From Minisyncoccia bacterium (GTDB taxonomy: Bacteria > Patescibacteriota > Minisyncoccia > Phycocordibacterales > JAACPR01): a stretch of 64,000 nucleotides of DNA. The notes below the pieces were generated by a model. That model worked only from the letters and a program-made list of their open reading frames with translations, was not told where the DNA came from and searched no databases. Below, in pieces: positions 57,908 to 64,000 of the stretch. How positions within the stretch are numbered: the stretch's first letter is position 1; every line of letters begins with the position of its first letter. The position numbers and the translations under genes are program-made. The stretch lies in assembly GCA_041740795.1 (NCBI GenBank), contig JBGSLH010000008.1, positions 15,860 through 79,859 on the forward strand. Direction: 5' to 3'.

Positions 57908-58474
57908 ATGATCAAATTATCGAACGGACACGAGTTCCGGTATATGGTCGCAAGCGGAGCTCTTGCATTTGACGGTCTCGGCTGGTGGTGGGAAAGACCA
58001 CTCGTCCGATTTGGCTTAGTCAAACCTGAACTATTCACAGTAGTCCTCAAGACACTGACCCGCCAACCTCGCAAGGGCAATTTGAGATGGTGGAAACCTT
58101 GGGATTGTGTCGCCTTGATAAAAGATGGAGCAGTCAACAAGGTTGCATTTCCCGACAAGCGTTCACCTCTTCATCGACTTGAAAAAAGAGTCGGTGGCGG
58201 AGGTGGTGGAGTGTCTGGCAAACCAGCACAACGCTTCAATTGGGAAGCGGTTGACAAGCTTGCCGAACAGGGCGTATTGCCCGTAATCGGACCAAGTATC
58301 ATGCAATATGAAGACATCGGGAAGATGAGAAGGCTCGGTGCCAAAGCTTACAGCTTTGGCGCAATTCATCTTCCAAGTTATCCCATCTGGCTCAAACCGT
58401 GGACAATTTTCACAAATCCGTGCAAACCCACACAATTCGTAGAAAGGAAAGGAACTACAACATATGAAAACTGA
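57908..58474 (+). pseudogene. dihydroorotate dehydrogenase (PyrD)-like gene with apparent in-frame internal deletion
   Basis: ASG, KTLT...GN, AVN.V and GGVSG motifs present but only 188 aa; central segment missing; overlaps pyrC start. Confidence 0.55.
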
Positions 58475-59558
58475 TTCGATAACAATCCCTCGATGGTTTG
58501 ATGCCCACCTTCATCTTCGCGATGGTGGGATGATGGAGAATGTTCTTCCTTGTACACTCGCACAACGACCGACAGGAGCAATAATTATGCCAAACCTGAT
58601 GAAACCAGGAGGTATTGCCGATCCTGTGGATACGGTCGAGAAGGCAGTTGCATATCATTCGCGCATACTCGGAGCGTGTACAAGGTATTTGCGAACTGCC
58701 GAAATTCCTCAAGAATCCTTCACGCCGTGTATGACATGTTATCTGACGGATCATACTGATCCCGAAGAAGTGGTGCGTGGATACCAAGAGGGAATCTGGA
58801 AAGCGGTCAAACTATACATGGCTGACCAGCAAGGTCGAGGAGGAACAACCGGCTCCGGACATGGGGTCCGGAATCTCCTTGGTCGTTACAAGGTATTCGA
58901 GGCGATGGAAAAGTACGGCATTCCTCTGCTCGGACATTTCGAAGCAGTTGAAGATGACGTGGATGAATTCGATCGTGAGATCATCTCAGCCGAACGTGAC
59001 TACGTTCCGATTCTGGATACATTTTCAGGATTGCTAGTCGTGTTTGAGCATCTGACTGATGGCCGAGTTGCGGACATGATCGCACAAACACCTCGTGAAA
59101 ATACATTTGCATCGGTAAGTGCCCATCATCCGATGGTCAACCGGAACGCTATGTTTAATGGTGGAATGAACCCTCTGTATTTTTGCAAGCCCGTGCCCAA
59201 GCGTGAAGAACACAGGTTGAGGGTTCGTAGGCATATTACTTCGGGTAACCGTCGTTTCCGTGCAGGGACTGATTCGGCTCCTCATGACGAGGCTAACAAG
59301 GCACGCTGCTGCGGTTGTGCAGCAGGTATGTTTACTGCACCGGTTGCCGTTGAACTGTATGCCACGATCTTTGACGAAGACGATGCACTTGAGCATCTAG
59401 GTCCTTTCCTCTCTGAAAACTTCCTCCATATTTATGATATGGAGGTGAGCAAGGAGATGATGACCATCGTCCGAGAAGAAACCCACGTTCCTGAGAAAGT
59501 CGGTTCGGTTCTAGTTTTTAAGGGTGGCGAGACGCTTCCTTGGAAACTCGTCCGGTAA
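58464..59558 (+). CDS. pyrC: dihydroorotase (E. coli-type)
   Basis: DAHLHLRDG, IMPNL, KLY, FEHLT, FCKPVPK, GTDSAPH. Confidence 0.92.
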   Translation: MKTDSITIPRWFDAHLHLRDGGMMENVLPCTLAQRPTGAIIMPNLMKPGGIADPVDTVEKAVAYHSRILGACTRYLRTAEIPQESFTPCMTCYLTDHTDPEEVVRGYQEGIWKAVKLYMADQQGRGGTTGSGHGVRNLLGRYKVFEAMEKYGIPLLGHFEAVEDDVDEFDREIISAERDYVPILDTFSGLLVVFEHLTDGRVADMIAQTPRENTFASVSAHHPMVNRNAMFNGGMNPLYFCKPVPKREEHRLRVRRHITSGNRRFRAGTDSAPHDEANKARCCGCAAGMFTAPVAVELYATIFDEDDALEHLGPFLSENFLHIYDMEVSKEMMTIVREETHVPEKVGSVLVFKGGETLPWKLVR

Positions 59559-59578
59559 CTCCTGAGTTTGAATGTCAC

Positions 59579-59610
59579 AAGGCCCGTTGCATTGCTGCAA
59601 CGGGCCTTTT
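59579..59610 (+). terminator. intrinsic terminator
   Basis: AAGGCCCGTTGCA...TGCAACGGGCCTTTT. Confidence 0.75.
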
Positions 59611-59654
59611 CTATATAAGTTGAATATCTGTCACCGATTGCATAGAATCAGTAC

Positions 59655-60194
59655 ATGAAAATAGTAATCAAGCCAATAAGAAATGAAGATACGGATACCT
59701 TACACTACTCTTTTTTCAAAAGTCAGTTTGGAATCTGTCTTGTTGCCTCTGTCGAGAGTGGAATTTGCAATATACTTTTTGCAGATTCATCAAGAAAAGC
59801 AATTGAAGATCTTAAGTTGAGATGGCCAAAAGCAAAACTTGTTTTGAAATCTCTACCTTCGCATGTTCAATTAAAAAAATATCTTGCAGGAGACGTGTCT
59901 CCTTCTGTTATCGAACTATGTCTGCAAGGAACAGACTTTCAAATTAAAGTATGGAAAGCACTTACTATGATTCCTTTTGGCAAGACTGCAACATATAAAG
60001 ACATCGCAACTCGCATAGGCAAACCTCTCGCATACCGCGCAGTCGGCACAGCGATAGGGAACAATCCTATCGGATACTTCGTTCCATGTCATAGGATTTT
60101 AAAATCAGACGGCGGTATTGGTGGATTCAGATGGGGAACAGCATGTAAGCAGGCGATGCTCGCCTACGAAGCTGCACAGAAAACAAAAGCGTAA
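59655..60194 (+). CDS. ogt: methylated-DNA--protein-cysteine methyltransferase
   Basis: GTDFQIKVW, RAVGTAIG.NP, VPCHRI. Confidence 0.92.
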   Translation: MKIVIKPIRNEDTDTLHYSFFKSQFGICLVASVESGICNILFADSSRKAIEDLKLRWPKAKLVLKSLPSHVQLKKYLAGDVSPSVIELCLQGTDFQIKVWKALTMIPFGKTATYKDIATRIGKPLAYRAVGTAIGNNPIGYFVPCHRILKSDGGIGGFRWGTACKQAMLAYEAAQKTKA

Positions 60195-60206
60195 TATACT
60201 GAAAGT

Positions 60207-60935
60207 ATGAAAATACTTATTTTGATAATAGTGTGTCTTGGGGCAGTGCTTGCGTACGACATTGTACACGTTTTTATTCTCAGCAAAAAAAGCGCGACGC
60301 TCATCAGGAATACAACCCCGTTTACGCGTGTTGTTACTGAGCCAAAGATGAAAATCTTGGTTCTCGGAGACAGTACTGCATACGGAACTGGCGTGACCGA
60401 TTCTGCCCTGTCTACTGCAGGACGACTTGGCACATTGTATCCCGATGCGGAAGTAAAAAATCTTGCAGTGAACGGACTCAAGATCGAAGGACTACTTGAA
60501 ATTTTAAATACCCTTTCGACTGACGAGCGATTCGAAATCATCCTTGTTCAAATTGGTGCTAATGACATCATTAGGCTTACTCCGATCGATTCGATCAGAA
60601 CAGGTATCCAAGATGTTCTTGCCAAAACTCAAAAAATCGGAACGCAGGTCATTGTTCTGCATTCTGGAAATATTGGAGAAACATATTTTTTTCCGTGGTA
60701 TGTCAGACCTGTGCTTAGTCGTCGCAGTTTGGAAGTGCGAGAAATATACAAGAAAGAATCTGACCGATACGAAGCATCTTACGTAGACCTGATCGATTCA
60801 CCTGTCGACAAACTGGTAAAAGAAAATCCCGACATCTATTATGCAGAGGATTTATTGCATTTGAGCAACGATGGATATGGGATGTGGTTTGAAGAAATCA
60901 AGAAACACCTGCAGCCTGTGAGCAAAAACATTTGA
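60207..60935 (+). CDS. SGNH/GDSL hydrolase
   Basis: LGDSTAYG, IGAND, DLLHLS. Confidence 0.9.
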   Translation: MKILILIIVCLGAVLAYDIVHVFILSKKSATLIRNTTPFTRVVTEPKMKILVLGDSTAYGTGVTDSALSTAGRLGTLYPDAEVKNLAVNGLKIEGLLEILNTLSTDERFEIILVQIGANDIIRLTPIDSIRTGIQDVLAKTQKIGTQVIVLHSGNIGETYFFPWYVRPVLSRRSLEVREIYKKESDRYEASYVDLIDSPVDKLVKENPDIYYAEDLLHLSNDGYGMWFEEIKKHLQPVSKNI

Positions 60936-61015
60936 GAAAACTTCCGAATGTTTTATAATTGAGCAAGCACGATAAATAAATCGTCTTTAACAGTCTTACT
61001 TACTTATTAAATTCT

Positions 61016-62248
61016 ATGAAAATTTTAAAAACAGTTTCGTTCTTAACAGTATTCCTGCTGATCCTTGCTACAGTTATTTCTATCAAGCCTGCAGAGGCAG
61101 CAGCAGCCTGCAGTTTTAGTCGTACTCTGGATCTTGGAGTAGATGGTGAGGATGTTCGATGTCTTCAAAAATATCTCAACGGAGCAGGGTTTGTAATCGC
61201 AACGACAGGTGTTGGTTCTGTTGGTGGTGAGACAACGCTCTTTCGGGATAAGACAAAGGCGGCTGTTGTAAAATGGCAGACTGCAAACGGAATTTCTCCT
61301 GCTTCAGGAATATTCGGACCACTTTCCAAAATGAAATATCTCTCGCTTAACGGTGGAACTACTGTTTCGGGAGTAACTACTCCAACCCCTGCAACACCGA
61401 CAATCCCTGCGACTTCAAACGAAATTGCAACCCTCAAGAATCAGATCTCCTCATTGACTTCACAGCTTGCTGCTGCCAAGACTGGTTCAAACTCACTTTC
61501 TTCTGAGGCAAAAAAAGCAAAAGATCAGATTAAGGAGGCTATCAATATGATCGAAGATGCCGAAGACGAAATAGATAATTCAAACGAAGGAGCAGATATT
61601 GCCGCTGCAGAAAGCAATATTGATGATGCAAAGGAAGATTTGTTCGATGCATACGATGCTTTTTTTGATGACGATTTTGCGGATGCATATAAGTTTGCAG
61701 AAAAATCATTCAACAATGCCGAAGACGCACTTGACGATGCTGGTGGAGAAACTGACGAAGACGAGATCGAGGACTTTATCGACGAGGTAGAGGACTATAT
61801 TGATGACGTGGATCAAGAAATCAAGGATTCTGAAGATGATACTGATGAGGCCGAAGAACTTCTTGAAGAAGCGGAGGACGTATTGGAACAGGCAAAAGAT
61901 GCATTCGATGACGATGATGCTGACGAGGCAGAAGAACTTGCAGAAGAGGCAAAGGATCTTGCCAAGGATGCACGAGACGCGATTGGTGAAGAGAATGACG
62001 ATAATGAGAAGGACGATGCCAAGGATGCAATAGAAGATGCCGAAGACGCTATTGACGAAGCAGAGGATGCTATCAGTGAAGCTCAGGATGATGGTGACGA
62101 TACTGACGAAGCGGAAGATCTTCTTGACGAGGCGAACGATGCACTTGATGACGCTCAAGAAGCATACGATGACAAAGATTATGAAGATGCTGAAGATTAT
62201 GCCAAAGATGCTGAAGATCTTGCGAATGACGCAATCGACGAACTGTAA
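61016..62248 (+). CDS. secreted peptidoglycan-binding protein with very acidic helical repeats
   Basis: Signal peptide, GEDVRCLQKYLN...GIFGPLS PG-binding domain, D/E/A-rich C-terminal half. Confidence 0.85.
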   Translation: MKILKTVSFLTVFLLILATVISIKPAEAAAACSFSRTLDLGVDGEDVRCLQKYLNGAGFVIATTGVGSVGGETTLFRDKTKAAVVKWQTANGISPASGIFGPLSKMKYLSLNGGTTVSGVTTPTPATPTIPATSNEIATLKNQISSLTSQLAAAKTGSNSLSSEAKKAKDQIKEAINMIEDAEDEIDNSNEGADIAAAESNIDDAKEDLFDAYDAFFDDDFADAYKFAEKSFNNAEDALDDAGGETDEDEIEDFIDEVEDYIDDVDQEIKDSEDDTDEAEELLEEAEDVLEQAKDAFDDDDADEAEELAEEAKDLAKDARDAIGEENDDNEKDDAKDAIEDAEDAIDEAEDAISEAQDDGDDTDEAEDLLDEANDALDDAQEAYDDKDYEDAEDYAKDAEDLANDAIDEL

Positions 62249-62288
62249 AGATTTCGGCAAAACTTGTTGATTTGAGCTTAAGAATTAT

Positions 62289-62327
62289 TAAGAAAAGGGG
62301 CGGTCCTGCGGACCGCCCCTTTTCTTT
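62289..62327 (+). terminator. intrinsic terminator
   Basis: AAGAAAAGGGGCGGTCC-TGC-GGACCGCCCCTTTTCTT. Confidence 0.8.
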
Positions 62328-62362
62328 ATAATTGCTTTATCTCCGTATGCTATAATCTTGCC

Positions 62363-64000
62363 ATGACGCAAAACGAAGCACTCACTCTCCTCAAGATGGG
62401 CAAGAACGTTTTCCTGACAGGTCCTGCAGGATCAGGTAAGACGTACGTTCTCAATTCCTACATCACCTATCTCGAAGAACGCGGTGTCGAAGTTGCTATT
62501 ACTGCATCGACAGGTATCGCAGCGACGCACCTTGGAGGAATGACTATCCATGCCTGGTCAGGAATCGGTATCAAAGACTCTCTTTCTGCACGCGACATCG
62601 ACTATATGGAACAGCAGCAATATTTGTGGAAGCGTTTTGAAAATGTAAAAGTCCTTATCATCGACGAGATCTCAATGCTCAAGGGAACGACAGTCGATAT
62701 GGTTGATCATGTGTGCCGTGCATTCAAGCGGAATCAAAAATCTTTCGGTGGCCTTCAAGTTATTTTTTCAGGAGACTTCTTTCAACTTCCTCCAATCGAA
62801 AAATACAGACCACAGGCACAGATGGAACAGATCTCTCTCTATTCGGATTCGAGCGATGACATCCAGTACGAAGTAGAAGACGAAATTCGAACACCATTCG
62901 CATTTCTTTCACAAAGTTGGAAGCAGGCAGATCTGCATGTGTGCTATCTCACTGAACAACACCGACAAGACGACAGTACACTTCTCAACATTCTTAATGA
63001 AATCAGGTCGGGCGAAGTGTCTGATGATACGCGAGAACTTCTACTAGAAAAAGTCACGACAAAAGACATTCCCGATGTTCCAAAATTGTATACGCACAAT
63101 ATTGAAGTGGACAAATTCAATCTCGAGCAGCTCGATAAGATAGATGGTGAAGGTCAGATTTACGAAATGACATCCAAAGGGAAACTGAGCGGTGTCGAAG
63201 CACTCAAGCGAGGATGTCTCTCTCCTGAAGAGTTGTGGCTCAAGATCGGCGCGCTTGTGATGTTTGTAAAAAACAATCCCGTTGCAGGATACGTAAACGG
63301 CACGATTGGAGAGATAACTGGTTTTAACGAGGATGGGTTCCCTGTTGTTTTGACCAAGGAGGGCAGAGAATATGTCGCACTTCCACAGTCGTGGGCAATC
63401 GAGGATCAGGGCAATATCGTTGCCGAAATCTTTCAAGTTCCGCTTCGTCTTGCGTGGGCTGTGACCATCCACAAAAGCCAGGGAATGACACTCGATTCGG
63501 CTCTGATCGACCTCTCTCAAGCCTTTGTGGCAGGACAGGGATATGTGGCACTTTCGCGTGTAAAAACACTTGATGGTTTGTATCTCAAAGGTATAAATAG
63601 ACAAGCACTTGAAGTTCATCCTGGTGTGCTGACATTCAACGAGCGCTTGATGGAGCTTTCCGATATATCATGTTCACGACTCGCTAAGACTGAAGAAACC
63701 CGGATTAACGAATGCATCGATGAGTTTCTCAAATCAGTAGGTGGCGACGTCAATTTTGTTCCAAAAAAGAAAAAAACTAAAGAGACAAAACTGTCCACCA
63801 AGACGACATACGAGATTACGAAGGAAATGATTTTGGAAAAAAAACCGATTCCTGTAATCTCGCTTGAACGTGACATCAGCGAAAGTACGATCATTGATCA
63901 TGTCGAAAAATTGCTTGTCGAAAAAATGGTAACCTCGACTGAGCTTGAATATCTCATTCCTTCAAAATCAAAAGAGAAGAAAATCATTTCCCAAATCGCA
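62363..64000 (+). CDS. PIF1/RecD-like helicase, 3'-truncated by window (not in ORF track)
   Basis: Read from DNA: NVFLTGPAGSGKT, ASTGIAA, IIDEISM, GDFFQLPP, PLRLAWAVTIHKSQG, YVALSR. Confidence 0.9.
   Translation, partial: MTQNEALTLLKMGKNVFLTGPAGSGKTYVLNSYITYLEERGVEVAITASTGIAATHLGGMTIHAWSGIGIKDSLSARDIDYMEQQQYLWKRFENVKVLIIDEISMLKGTTVDMVDHVCRAFKRNQKSFGGLQVIFSGDFFQLPPIEKYRPQAQMEQISLYSDSSDDIQYEVEDEIRTPFAFLSQSWKQADLHVCYLTEQHRQDDSTLLNILNEIRSGEVSDDTRELLLEKVTTKDIPDVPKLYTHNIEVDKFNLEQLDKIDGEGQIYEMTSKGKLSGVEALKRGCLSPEELWLKIGALVMFVKNNPVAGYVNGTIGEITGFNEDGFPVVLTKEGREYVALPQSWAIEDQGNIVAEIFQVPLRLAWAVTIHKSQGMTLDSALIDLSQAFVAGQGYVALSRVKTLDGLYLKGINRQALEVHPGVLTFNERLMELSDISCSRLAKTEETRINECIDEFLKSVGGDVNFVPKKKKTKETKLSTKTTYEITKEMILEKKPIPVISLERDISESTIIDHVEKLLVEKMVTSTELEYLIPSKSKEKKIISQIA

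Overview
Bacterial chromosome segment. Its gene content and protein families, and the near-absence of Shine-Dalgarno sites, suggest a Patescibacteria/CPR (Parcubacteria-like) genome; this is inference, not proof. 1-17.5 kb is a housekeeping backbone (tRNA-Leu, parB, topA, dprA, serS, FtsQ-like, Clp-like ATPase, DD-carboxypeptidase, dus, dnaX, L,D-transpeptidase, tRNA-Gln). It also carries an orphan MazF/PemK gene with a convergent small transcript, and a probable ~280-nt structured ncRNA. An AT-rich island starts right after tRNA-Gln. It holds two paralogous large serine recombinases, an SF1 helicase-nuclease, a ParB-methyltransferase plus HTH module, and a LexA-like repressor heading a CBASS operon (HNH-SAVED, CD-NTase, E2-SEC-C). 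From ~37.0 to 44.6 kb nearly every intergenic gap has a degenerate GTTC...CAGC site related to the tRNA-Gln 3' end, giving an integron-like array of 1-2 gene cassettes; this is the most unusual feature. Next is an XRE-operator regulon with a 59-aa, 44%-Met peptide missing from the ORF track, a membrane thioredoxin, a CcdA-MsrA-MsrB fusion and MsrB. The rest is accessory and metabolic genes (folC, purM-like, deleted pyrD-like, pyrC, ogt) and a PIF1-like helicase that runs off the end. All calls come from reading motifs by eye; no database searches were run.
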